64,000 nucleotides of DNA from positions 67,090 through 131,089 of the forward strand of contig JAOUJW010000003.1 in NCBI GenBank assembly GCA_029882975.1, read 5' to 3'. Made by a program: the position numbers and the translations under genes. This DNA is from Gammaproteobacteria bacterium (GTDB lineage: Bacteria; Pseudomonadota; Gammaproteobacteria; SZUA-152). The notes below the pieces were generated by a model. That model was not told the origin of the DNA, did not search any database, and saw only the letters and a program-made list of their open reading frames with translations. Of this stretch, positions 8,468 to 17,787 are shown piece by piece. Position 1 is the stretch's first letter, and each line of letters begins with the position of its first letter.

Positions 8468-10573
8468 ATGAAACGAGTGCAGTTCCTGCTTTTAATGATG
8501 CCAATAATGTCTTTAGTAGTTATGTGCTTGCCGCTTAGCGTACTGTATGCACAAGAATCTCCTTTAGACGTGGCAGGAGGCACAGCCGGTTGGGAATGCA
8601 AATGGTGTCCTGTTACCGATGTAACAGCTCACGCAGAGATAGAGTTAGGCGCGGGGTTTGTTACGGAAGATTCTATGTATGGAGACTACACAGGGTTGGG
8701 TGATCGTGGCGGTTATGCCATCGCAGCGTTTAATACAGCAAAACCGCCGGGTGATGCCGGCTGGAGTATGTCAGTGGAAGGGCAGGACTTGACTCTGGAT
8801 AGCCGTCGCTTGCTTTTGTCCAGTGAGTCAGCGGGGGTGATGGGTGTCGCGCTTGAGTACGATCAGATTCCTCGGCAGCACAGTGCCGTGCTTACGCCGT
8901 ATCAGGGAGAGTCGCAACAGGTGTTGCCTGTAACCTGGGTGAGCGCAGCAACGACAGGCGGGATGAGTCAGCTTAACAGCAGTTTGCACGAAGTGGTAAT
9001 CGGATCAGACAGAAAAAATCTGAATATTGATGCGGTATATCATCCATCGCCACAATTGTCGTATGAATTGAGTTTTCACCAATTGCAAAAGCAAGGTATA
9101 CGCATCCAAGGCTTGGCATTGGGTAATGTGTTTGTGACAGCAAGAAGTGCTTTGCTAACAGCTCCGGTGGATCAAGAGAGTCGCAATGCTCGCTTCAATG
9201 TGGCCCTACAGCAATCGCGCTTACAGACCTCGTTTTCTCTGGAGGTATCGGAATTTACCAATGCAGTGAAGGCCTTGCGCTGGGAAAACGCTTTTTCCGA
9301 ACCTGTTGGGGTCAGTCAAGGTCAGGCTGGCGCGGAACCCGGTAACGATATGCAACGTCTATCAGCGCAAGCCAGTTACATCGTCAGTGAACGCAGTCGC
9401 GCTTTTGCCGGACTAGCGTATGGCAGGATGGGACAGGATGAGTCCTTCCTGCCCTATACAGTGAATGTGGCTTTGACCCCCTCGGCTTTGCCGCGTAATT
9501 CCCTGAGAGGGGAGATTTTCACCTTCGATTTATCGCTTGGCTTTCTCAGTGCCCTTACTGAGCGCCTGCAATTGCAGGCAAGCTATATTCAGCAGGAACA
9601 GGATAATAATACAGACAGAGCCACATATACCTATGTTTCTGCGGATACCGCTATTAGCGGAGATCGGGCCAATTTTCCCTATAGTTTTCGTAAACGTCTG
9701 TTGCAAACTCAAGGCCGCTACAAATTCTCAGCTCTTCATCGTATTACCGCAGGTTATGACTATGAGTGGAATGATCGCACTTACCAGGAAATCAGTTCCG
9801 CCAAAGAGCAGAGGTTGTGGGGTGCTTATGTTGGAGAATTACAGCAGGGAACCGGTTTGAATCTTAAATTGGAACACTTGGATCGCATGGGGGAACGCTA
9901 CAGTCCGGTGGCAGAAATTGTTCCTGCGGAGAACCCCGCGCTGCGTAAGTACAATATGGCAGACCGCATTCGGGACCGAATCAATATTTCTGTTAGTTCG
10001 AGCACTTTCAGTCAGGTTGATTTTGCTCTGCAAGTGGAAATGTCTATGGACGAATACGATCATTCTGCCGTGGGACTGTTGGATAGTAAGGAACGCAGTT
10101 ATTCCGTGAACCTGAACTGGCACTTAAGTCGGTCAGCCTCCATAACAAGTGATTATAACCACACCGTGATGCGATCCTCGCAGGCGGGTAGCCAAGCGGC
10201 GTCCTCTTGGTATGCCCAGAATGACGAGACAGTGAATACAATTGGTCTGGGCTTGCAATGGCAGTTCGAAAATCGAACCAATCTGGGATTGAGCTACGAT
10301 TATTCCCGATTTTCCGGCGAAACCCGGATCTCGGAGATTGCGAATTTTCCCCAATTACTTTCTTCACGTCATAGCCTGGCTTTACAGGGTCACTATGTAC
10401 TGGACGCCCGTAGCGGTTTAAATACGGTATTTCGCTATGAAAAATATCGTGAAGAGGATTGGGCTTTGCAGGACGTCGCCGTTGATACTTTAGATAATGT
10501 GTTGTCTGTGGGTGAAGGGAATCCGGATTATCGAGTTTGGGTGGTGGCATTAAGTTATAACATGCGTTTTTAA
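8468..10573 (+). CDS. MtrB/PioB-family decahaem-associated outer-membrane beta-barrel protein
   Basis: About 700 aa with a signal peptide. The N-terminal CXXC motif (GWECKWCPV) is typical of MtrB. The sequence is rich in alternating beta-strand patterning and ends in C-terminal ..YNMRF. It sits immediately downstream of the decahaem gene. Confidence 0.75.
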   Translation: MKRVQFLLLMMPIMSLVVMCLPLSVLYAQESPLDVAGGTAGWECKWCPVTDVTAHAEIELGAGFVTEDSMYGDYTGLGDRGGYAIAAFNTAKPPGDAGWSMSVEGQDLTLDSRRLLLSSESAGVMGVALEYDQIPRQHSAVLTPYQGESQQVLPVTWVSAATTGGMSQLNSSLHEVVIGSDRKNLNIDAVYHPSPQLSYELSFHQLQKQGIRIQGLALGNVFVTARSALLTAPVDQESRNARFNVALQQSRLQTSFSLEVSEFTNAVKALRWENAFSEPVGVSQGQAGAEPGNDMQRLSAQASYIVSERSRAFAGLAYGRMGQDESFLPYTVNVALTPSALPRNSLRGEIFTFDLSLGFLSALTERLQLQASYIQQEQDNNTDRATYTYVSADTAISGDRANFPYSFRKRLLQTQGRYKFSALHRITAGYDYEWNDRTYQEISSAKEQRLWGAYVGELQQGTGLNLKLEHLDRMGERYSPVAEIVPAENPALRKYNMADRIRDRINISVSSSTFSQVDFALQVEMSMDEYDHSAVGLLDSKERSYSVNLNWHLSRSASITSDYNHTVMRSSQAGSQAASSWYAQNDETVNTIGLGLQWQFENRTNLGLSYDYSRFSGETRISEIANFPQLLSSRHSLALQGHYVLDARSGLNTVFRYEKYREEDWALQDVAVDTLDNVLSVGEGNPDYRVWVVALSYNMRF

Positions 10574-10584
10574 TGGAGGCGGTG

Positions 10585-11175
10585 ATGCGGGCACAATTGT
10601 TAGTGAAAAGTTTGTTGGTTGCCTGTATCAGTCTGGGGCCAGGAATATTACCGGCGCAGACTGATCCGCCGGCATCACAGTGTGCAATGTGCCATGGCGT
10701 TGATGGAAACAGTCCCAGTGCGTCGGCCCCTTCGATTGCCGGTATTACCCCGTACTACTTTAAATACACCATGGACGCGTACAAAAACGGTGGACGCAAC
10801 TCAGACATTATGAAAATGTTTGCGGGGCAGTTATCCGCAGCCGATATAGAACAGTTGGCACTATTTTACAGCGGGCAAAAACCTCTGGCACGTCAGCAGG
10901 CCATGGATTCAAACAAGGCGGCGCAAGGGCAAGGTCTGCATCAGCGTTATTGTGAAAAATGCCATAGCAACAATGGTGGTGTGAGCATCGATGGTTACGG
11001 AGTCCTGGCGGGGCAATGGACAGATTATTTGCGTCTGACTCTCCAAGAGTACCTTGCCGGAAAAAGACGTACTAATGCTATGATGCTGACCAAGCTACGG
11101 AAAATGCAAAGGCTTGAAGGGGAAGGTGCGCTGGAACGGTTGATTCAATTTTATGCCGGGGCACAACCGGATTAG
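10585..11175 (+). CDS. Dihaem cytochrome c (c4-like)
   Basis: GGAGG lies 5-9 nt upstream of the ATG at 10585. Signal peptide present. Two CXXCH motifs (CAMCHGVDG, CEKCHSNNGG), each followed by a Met-containing segment. Coupled to the end of the MtrB-like gene. An alternative start at 10573 overlaps the stop codon. Confidence 0.7.
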   Translation: MRAQLLVKSLLVACISLGPGILPAQTDPPASQCAMCHGVDGNSPSASAPSIAGITPYYFKYTMDAYKNGGRNSDIMKMFAGQLSAADIEQLALFYSGQKPLARQQAMDSNKAAQGQGLHQRYCEKCHSNNGGVSIDGYGVLAGQWTDYLRLTLQEYLAGKRRTNAMMLTKLRKMQRLEGEGALERLIQFYAGAQPD

Positions 11176-11990
11176 GGAGTGACCCCCATTGCCATTTGTG
11201 CGGCCAATGAAGTGCCGTCCAAGTAGCTGCTACTGTGCATGCGGGAGTCTATCTCGCCCGTTACTTTTGCACTGATTCGCAACGTGGCGGTGCATTCGGC
11301 TTGGTCGCCAATAAAGTTAAGCGCTCCCGGCGGGATGGATAGCTGGTTACTGTTGTGAACGAATGTACTGTATTGAATGCAGGTACCGGATATACTGAGG
11401 AAATACGTGTCGGCCGTAGAGTCCCAACTGACATCAATGGTGTCATTGGCTACAGAAAACACCTGGCCGGAGGCGGGGCTGCTAATAACAGGGGTTGCCG
11501 GTATTGTGATATTCGCGGCCAAATTGTTGCCATTGGCTCGATGCAAGGTAATGGTATATTGGATTTCGCCGCTTTGATTACTGATCCATTGTGTGTCGTA
11601 CCGTGATGATCCAAATAAATATGTGTCTCTATATAAGCTCTGTTGGATGACGCCGTCAGACGCAATCAAGCTTTCGTTAGCACTTAAGTCCACATATCCG
11701 GTTTCATCAGGTTCACGATCGACTTTTAACAGGAGCCAATTCATCTCGTTTTTACCTTTCTTCCGATAGCGTAAATCGGCATCGAGACTAATGAGTAAAG
11801 GGGAAGCACCCGGGGTTTCATGGCGTGATGAAATAGAATACTCGGCGATGATTTCATGATCCTTCAGCGATTCAGAGGATTGGGTGTTAACATCGCAGCC
11901 GCAGAGTGCCAGTAAAGAGAGCAGGCCGAGGTGGAGACATATTTTCCCCCGGTAATCAAAAAAAACGGAAATGGGATGCCTATTGCTCAT
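11172..11990 (-). CDS. Hypothetical lipoprotein
   Basis: Lipobox LLALCGC. No recognisable catalytic motif. It overlaps the cytochrome c4 stop codon by 4 nt in convergent orientation. Confidence 0.45.
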   Translation of the reverse strand: MSNRHPISVFFDYRGKICLHLGLLSLLALCGCDVNTQSSESLKDHEIIAEYSISSRHETPGASPLLISLDADLRYRKKGKNEMNWLLLKVDREPDETGYVDLSANESLIASDGVIQQSLYRDTYLFGSSRYDTQWISNQSGEIQYTITLHRANGNNLAANITIPATPVISSPASGQVFSVANDTIDVSWDSTADTYFLSISGTCIQYSTFVHNSNQLSIPPGALNFIGDQAECTATLRISAKVTGEIDSRMHSSSYLDGTSLAAQMAMGVTP

Positions 11991-12074
11991 GGGACAACCG
12001 TTGACGTCTTCAGCGCCTCAGTGGAATTGTATGGGCACTATAGCACATTCTTATCTTGTTCGCGTGGTTATAAT

Positions 12075-12794
12075 TTAAGCAATTTCGGCGTTATGATAAA
12101 TATCCTGGACGTCATCGCAATCGTTAAGCAGGTCCATGAATTTCTCAAAAACAGACGCATCCTCCTGGCTCAGCGCCGTGGTATTCTGGGGGATAAAGCT
12201 GATTTCCTCTACATCCAGTTCGACGTCGGGCAGGGCTTGGGCCAGGGCAGTTTTAGCTTTATAAAACTCTGAGGCGGGTGTTAGAACAGTAATGACACCG
12301 GCGTCACTTTCAATATCACTCACGTCAACGTCTGCCTCCATGAGAGCATCGAGGATGGCTTCCTCGTCACTACCTTTAAATTCAAAAATGGCTCGATGAT
12401 CAAATAAATGTGCTACCGCTCCGGGAGAGCCGATTTTGGACTTGGTTTTGGTGAAGCAATGCCGTACTTCGCCAAAGGTGCGGTTATTATTATCGGTGAG
12501 GCAATCGACAATGACCATGCAGCCGCCGGGCCCAAAGCCCTCGAATCGCACGGTAACAAAATCCTCGCCACCGCCGCCCTTGGCTTTATCCAACGCTTTT
12601 TCAATGACATGGGCCGGGACTTGGTCTTTTTTGGCTTTGTCTATCAAGCGTCGTAAAGTCAAATTACCATCCGGGTCGATGCCGCCGTTTTTTGCACACA
12701 CATAGATTTCTTTACCGTATTTGGAATAGACCTTGGCTTTGGCATCTGACGTTTTGGCGATTGATGCTTTACGGTTTTGATAGGCTCTGCCCAT
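12075..12794 (-). CDS. yebC: YebC/PmpR-family transcriptional regulator
   Basis: Family hallmarks are visible: [43 protein letters not shown]. Confidence 0.8.
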   Translation of the reverse strand: MGRAYQNRKASIAKTSDAKAKVYSKYGKEIYVCAKNGGIDPDGNLTLRRLIDKAKKDQVPAHVIEKALDKAKGGGGEDFVTVRFEGFGPGGCMVIVDCLTDNNNRTFGEVRHCFTKTKSKIGSPGAVAHLFDHRAIFEFKGSDEEAILDALMEADVDVSDIESDAGVITVLTPASEFYKAKTALAQALPDVELDVEEISFIPQNTTALSQEDASVFEKFMDLLNDCDDVQDIYHNAEIA

Positions 12795-13140
12795 GTATTG
12801 ACCTCATTAAGGTGGAAAAATTTTTTGGCTATTTTACTGGAAATGAATACCCCAAATCCATGTTTGGGCGGTGTTGGTTGGCAGGGATTGAATTGTAAGT
12901 TTTGTGACTGATACCTCACTACCGGGGGTGCCGAAAACTTGCCTTGCGACGACATAATGTTAATTGTTTCTGACGGGAATAACCATACAATATTAGTGGA
13001 AAATAGTCAACGCTTTGATGTTAAAAAGATTTCCAGAATGTAAATTCTAATCACGCAAGGAATCGATGTTTAAAGATCTGTAACAATTAAGCCGATATAA
13101 ATGTATCAGCTAATGACACAGTTTTTCTAGGAAGAATATC

Positions 13141-14190
13141 ATGCCGCAAATTCATCGTTACTCGGTTAAGAGTCTGTTTTTGACTGGATTGTTTTGTGCC
13201 GTATTTGCCATCACCGCAATTACGATCACTGCATTCAGTTCCTTGTATTGGATTACTTCCAGTGCCAATACTTTGGTTGAGCAGTCCATACAGCAAACCA
13301 GTCGTTTGGTGGAGCTGTCTGCGGCGTTGCCGGATGTTTCCTCAGAGTTTCAAACTCACCAGAAAAAGATGCAGAAATCCATCGATGTGGCGTCAGAAAA
13401 ACTTATGCATGACAAATTTGATGTGTTAATGCTGCTGTCTGTAGTCGCCATTATTTCCTTGATGCTTATGGCTGCCGGGATTGGTATTTTGTCTAAAGTG
13501 ATTTTTCCTTCGATTTCTCAGTTTCTTAATGCTGTTGAAGAATACAATGCCGGGGAACTGTCCTATCGGTTGGCTCATGAACAAATGCCCAAAGAACTGC
13601 AAAATGTGGCCACCGGATTCAATACTATGGCCCATCAGTTGGAACAATCCTATGCCAAGCTGGCTTACCATGCTACCAACGATGAGTTGACCGGGGTATA
13701 CAATAGGCGCAAGTTCATCATGGACTTAGAGCGGGAAGTCAAACGGGCTAAGCGTTACAGCCGCGGAGTATCGTTGATGTTGATTGATATGGATGATTTT
13801 TCTTCCGTCAACGACAAACACGGCCATGAGTCCGGCGACAAAGTATTATGTAAGACTGTGGATTTCATCTACAAAAGCATTCGGGATTCCGACAGCCTGT
13901 ATCGATATGGTAGTGAGGAGTTTGCTGTCATTTTGGTGGAGATTTCAGATCAGGATACCGGCATTGTGGGCGAGCGAATTCGCGAAAGTATTTGCGAATA
14001 TCCTATCGCCTTGCCGGGTGGAATCAATGTGGAGACCAGCGTCAGTATTGGAATTGCGAACTTTCCGTCCCATTCCGATAACGAAATCAATTTGATTCAT
14101 GCGGCTGACGAAGCCTTGTACCGGGCCAAATCGCAAGGAAAAAACCAAGTGGTACATACCAACGAAATGGTTCGCGCGAAAGCGGGCTAA
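13141..14190 (+). CDS. Membrane-bound GGDEF diguanylate cyclase (HAMP-like linker); active-site motif reads GSEEF
   Basis: Two transmembrane segments. GGDEF-domain hallmarks are present (GVYNRRKF, DMDDFSSVNDKHGHESGD, RYGSEEFAVIL). Confidence 0.75.
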   Translation: MPQIHRYSVKSLFLTGLFCAVFAITAITITAFSSLYWITSSANTLVEQSIQQTSRLVELSAALPDVSSEFQTHQKKMQKSIDVASEKLMHDKFDVLMLLSVVAIISLMLMAAGIGILSKVIFPSISQFLNAVEEYNAGELSYRLAHEQMPKELQNVATGFNTMAHQLEQSYAKLAYHATNDELTGVYNRRKFIMDLEREVKRAKRYSRGVSLMLIDMDDFSSVNDKHGHESGDKVLCKTVDFIYKSIRDSDSLYRYGSEEFAVILVEISDQDTGIVGERIRESICEYPIALPGGINVETSVSIGIANFPSHSDNEINLIHAADEALYRAKSQGKNQVVHTNEMVRAKAG

Positions 14191-14204
14191 GTGAACCCCC
14201 TGAT

Positions 14205-14265
14205 GTTCCCGCGTTAGTAGCGGCGCGGGGCTTTTTAATCCGGCTTATGGCCGGATTTTTCTTGT
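14205..14265 (+). terminator. Tandem rho-independent terminators after the GGDEF gene
   Basis: First hairpin ttcccgcg..cgcgggg followed by cttttt. Second hairpin atccggc-ttatg-gccggat followed by ttttt. Confidence 0.55.
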
Positions 14266-14421
14266 CCAGCGGATTGTATCCTCCGTTCACTCCCGGTCAT
14301 CAGCTCTTCAAATCCAATTCATGGGCGCGGTTGCGTTTCTTAGTTTAGCCGGTGTATTGGACATGTGCCGTGAATAAGGTAAGCTCAAGTATCAACCGGA
14401 CGGCTTTATGCGAGGTGACAA

Positions 14422-15228
14422 ATGAGTACTCCAGCAATTCATACCGCACCAGAGCGGGTGTTGTATCTTGCTCAGGGTTCGGAATGTGAGGTCATGCGTT
14501 CGGCCTATGAGCGCCAATTGCCTTTGCTCATCAAAGGGCCTACCGGTTGCGGTAAAACCCGATTCGTACGTCATATGGCTGCGCAACTGGGGCGTCCCTT
14601 ATACACGGTTTCTTGTCATGACGAGTTATCGGCCGCAGATTTGGTGGGGCGGTTTTTAATTCGAGGTGAGGAAACCGTGTGGCAGGATGGGCCTTTGACC
14701 CAGGCGGTGCGTGAAGGGGCTATTTGTTATCTGGATGAAGTGGTGGAAGCCCGCAAGGATACCACGGTGATTTTGCATCCCCTGACTGATGACCGGCGCG
14801 AGTTGCCTCTGGAGAAAACCGCAGAATTGGTCAAGGCGCCGGCAGAATTCATGCTGGTGATCTCCTATAATCCAGGTTACCAGAACATGTTTAAAAACTT
14901 AAAACCGAGCACTCGCCAGCGGTTTGTTGCTCTGACGTTTCAGTTTCCCAAGCCGGAATTAGAGCTGGCTATTCTGCAACAAGAAACGGGAATCAATGAA
15001 TCCATGGCAAAAAAATTGGTGGAGTTGGGTGGTAACCTGCGTGCGTTGCAGGGACACGACCTGGAGGAGGTGCCCTCAACTCGCTTATTGGTGCATGCGG
15101 CTATGCTCATTATGAACGGCCTCAATCCGGCTGAATCCTGTCGTGTGGCAGTGGTGGAAGCATTAACGGACGATCCTTTGATTCAGGAAGGGCTATGGGA
15201 AATTGTGCAATCCATCGTGGTTTCGTGA
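14422..15228 (+). CDS. CbbQ/NirQ/NorQ-family MoxR-type AAA+ ATPase
   Basis: Walker A (LLIKGPTGCGKTRFV) and Walker B (ICYLDEVVEA) motifs. About 268 aa, typical of this family. Confidence 0.8.
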   Translation: MSTPAIHTAPERVLYLAQGSECEVMRSAYERQLPLLIKGPTGCGKTRFVRHMAAQLGRPLYTVSCHDELSAADLVGRFLIRGEETVWQDGPLTQAVREGAICYLDEVVEARKDTTVILHPLTDDRRELPLEKTAELVKAPAEFMLVISYNPGYQNMFKNLKPSTRQRFVALTFQFPKPELELAILQQETGINESMAKKLVELGGNLRALQGHDLEEVPSTRLLVHAAMLIMNGLNPAESCRVAVVEALTDDPLIQEGLWEIVQSIVVS

Positions 15229-15261
15229 GTCCGAATTCCATTGTGTGTATCACACTAACTC

Positions 15262-17004
15262 ATGCAAAGTGAACTGCTTCATTACCTCCCGCTTCGTTAC
15301 GCTCTAGGGTTGCAGGCTGAGCCGCAATATCCCCAAGCGGTGGTGAAGCTGGAACACATCGAAAAAAGCTTGAATATCTACTTGCATGCACTAACCCGTT
15401 CCTGCGAGATCAAACTGGAACCGGCTCCGGCGCTTAGGATGCTACAACGCTATTCCTTGCATCGCCATGCCCATTCGCTGGTGCGTCAGGAAAGTGGTAT
15501 TGCTCGCTTACCCCAACAGATTCAAAGATTTGAACAAAAAGAATTAAACCGAGATTTGTATTTTTGGCTCACGGCATATCTTGCTTTTGACCAACCGTTA
15601 CCGAGCCCGGATTCAGAGGCCGCTCACTTGCCGGAAGCTTTGGGGCACATATTGCAAGGCGTTATGACCAGTGCCAGGGTGTTACAGGCTTGTCCGGGGC
15701 TGGCGCCACGGTATCAGCGCTTATGTCGAGCCTGTTTGTTGGAGCGGGATCGTATTACCGTATTACACAGGTGCAAATCCGCTCGGGACGTGGATATGGA
15801 GGGGGCTATACGTAAAGCCCTGGGCGATGATTCCGTAGAGGTGTCGCGTTGGCTGCATCATGCCTTGGACGCCGCAGGGGTCGGGGTGCTGTTACCTAAT
15901 CCTCCAAAGCAATGGTTAGAGCCATCCTTGGCATACTGGCCTGCTCCGGTATGGGGGCGTCCGCTTCAAAAAGCGGCGGCGCTGGAATTGGGTTCGTTTG
16001 ATATGATTGATGAAGACTTGATCGAGGTTAAACCCGAATCGAAAAAAGCCGTTGATGAGTTGGATTTGTCCGAGTACCTGGAAGCACCGGATGATGTGAC
16101 CGGTGAGGAACTCAGTGGTAATTTTTTATACCCGGAGTGGAATTGCAAAACGGAATCCTATCGGGAAAATTGGTGTCGTGTGATCGAGGAAGAGCAGGAG
16201 CGCGATGATTGGGTGGAACCGCCGCCTCATTTAGGCAAACTGTCCCGCCGGGTGCGACGCCAGTTTGAAGCCTTGCGTACCGATGACCGTTGGTTGCGTC
16301 GTGTAACCGATGGTGAAGAAGTGGATATGGATGATTTTATTGATGCCGTGTCACAGCGACGGGGTTGTGGCTATGCCAGTGAGCGCTTATATCGCCATCG
16401 TAAGCGCGATGATCGGGAGTTGGCAGTGATGGTGTTATTGGATGTTTCCAAATCCACTCAATCCATGTTAGATGGAGCCCGGGTCATTGATGTGGAGCGT
16501 CAAGCAATGATTGTAATGGCCGAAGCGCTGGCCGAGGTGGGTGATACGTTTTCCATTTATGCTTTTTCCGGATATGGGCGGGTACAGGTCGATTGTTTGC
16601 GCGTCAAAGCGTTTGATGAAAGTTACGGCGCAGCGGTGCGCGAACGTATTTTTTCTCTCACGCCCCGAGGTTCCACCCGTCTCGGAGCCGCTTTACGGCA
16701 CATGGCAAAGCGGTTACGAACCCGGCAGGAACGCCATAAACTTTTGTTGATGTTAACCGATGGTCGGCCTTACGATCCGGCAGATCACTATAAAGGTCTA
16801 TATGCTTTGGAGGATACACGCAAAGCCCTGCAGGAGATGCAAACGGAGGGTATATACGCTTACGGGTTAACTATAGATCAGTCCGGATTGGAGTACCTGC
16901 CTTACTTATTTGGGCCGGGGAGATATACCGTATTCAGTAACGTGCTCACGCTACCGGAATTTTTACCGAAGTTATATGCCAGGCTAACCGGTCTGGGTGT
17001 TTAA
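15262..17004 (+). CDS. VWA-domain protein, NorD/CbbO-like partner of the preceding AAA+ ATPase
   Basis: C-terminal VWA domain with a MIDAS-like motif (LLDVSKST). It sits 33 nt downstream of the CbbQ/NorQ-like gene. Size about 580 aa. Confidence 0.65.
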   Translation: MQSELLHYLPLRYALGLQAEPQYPQAVVKLEHIEKSLNIYLHALTRSCEIKLEPAPALRMLQRYSLHRHAHSLVRQESGIARLPQQIQRFEQKELNRDLYFWLTAYLAFDQPLPSPDSEAAHLPEALGHILQGVMTSARVLQACPGLAPRYQRLCRACLLERDRITVLHRCKSARDVDMEGAIRKALGDDSVEVSRWLHHALDAAGVGVLLPNPPKQWLEPSLAYWPAPVWGRPLQKAAALELGSFDMIDEDLIEVKPESKKAVDELDLSEYLEAPDDVTGEELSGNFLYPEWNCKTESYRENWCRVIEEEQERDDWVEPPPHLGKLSRRVRRQFEALRTDDRWLRRVTDGEEVDMDDFIDAVSQRRGCGYASERLYRHRKRDDRELAVMVLLDVSKSTQSMLDGARVIDVERQAMIVMAEALAEVGDTFSIYAFSGYGRVQVDCLRVKAFDESYGAAVRERIFSLTPRGSTRLGAALRHMAKRLRTRQERHKLLLMLTDGRPYDPADHYKGLYALEDTRKALQEMQTEGIYAYGLTIDQSGLEYLPYLFGPGRYTVFSNVLTLPEFLPKLYARLTGLGV

Positions 17005-17088
17005 AGATGGTTTTGCATTGGATGTGCTACACTTTTTTGGAAGTCCGTTTTTTTTAGTGAGTATCAAAGATTCCTTCCTTTAACAGCA

Positions 17089-17736
17089 GTGTTCCGGTCG
17101 GTGGTTATGATTAAATTTATCAGTAAAAATATGATAACCGGTTTGGTGGCAGTTTTGCCGGTGGTGTTAACCTTCTATTTGTTATATTGGATGGCGGTGT
17201 CCGCAGAAACCATTTTAGGTAATCTAATCCGCTTGGCACTTCCCAAAGAATACTATTGGCCGGGTATGGGCTTGGCGACCGGGTTGCTGGCAGTATTCTT
17301 GTTAGGGATGTTAATGCATGTGTACGTGATTCGGCGCTTGTTCTTAAAGGGAGAGCAACTGTTTTACCATATGCCGCTGATAAAGTCCGTTTATCGGTCC
17401 ATGCGGGATTTCTTTAATTACTTTTCCCCATCGCAAAAGAAAGGTTTTGCCAAAGTGGTTGCTGTGACCTTGGGGGAAATGCAGTTAATTGGATTTGTGA
17501 CGCAGGATAACTACCAGAGGATGCCTGAGAATTTTCGCCGGGAAGGCAGTGTGTTGGTTTATTTACCATTAAGCTATATGATTGGGGGTTATGCCGTACT
17601 GGTGCCTCGAACGGCAGTTCGGCCGGTGGATATGAGTGTAGAAGAGGCGATGCGTTTTACATTAACGGCAGGGGTCGCAGGCAGCCGTAAAGAAGCCGGC
17701 GATTCGAAAAAGAAAGCGGAGGGAGGGAAAACGTAG
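17089..17736 (+). CDS. DUF502-family membrane protein
   Basis: N-terminal transmembrane helix (ITGLVAVLPVVLTFYLLYWM) followed by a conserved soluble domain. Family assignment by pattern recall only. Confidence 0.5.
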   Translation: MFRSVVMIKFISKNMITGLVAVLPVVLTFYLLYWMAVSAETILGNLIRLALPKEYYWPGMGLATGLLAVFLLGMLMHVYVIRRLFLKGEQLFYHMPLIKSVYRSMRDFFNYFSPSQKKGFAKVVAVTLGEMQLIGFVTQDNYQRMPENFRREGSVLVYLPLSYMIGGYAVLVPRTAVRPVDMSVEEAMRFTLTAGVAGSRKEAGDSKKKAEGGKT

Positions 17737-17787
17737 GAGAGGTTGTGAGGCAACAACCCTCCCTCCACTAAAGGGCTTTCCCAGTGC

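Noticed and set aside
14422-17004. Assigning the AAA+/VWA pair specifically as NorQ/NorD or as CbbQ/CbbO.
   Set aside because: The motifs are shared by both subfamilies, and no nor or cbb client genes are in the window. Left as a family-level call.
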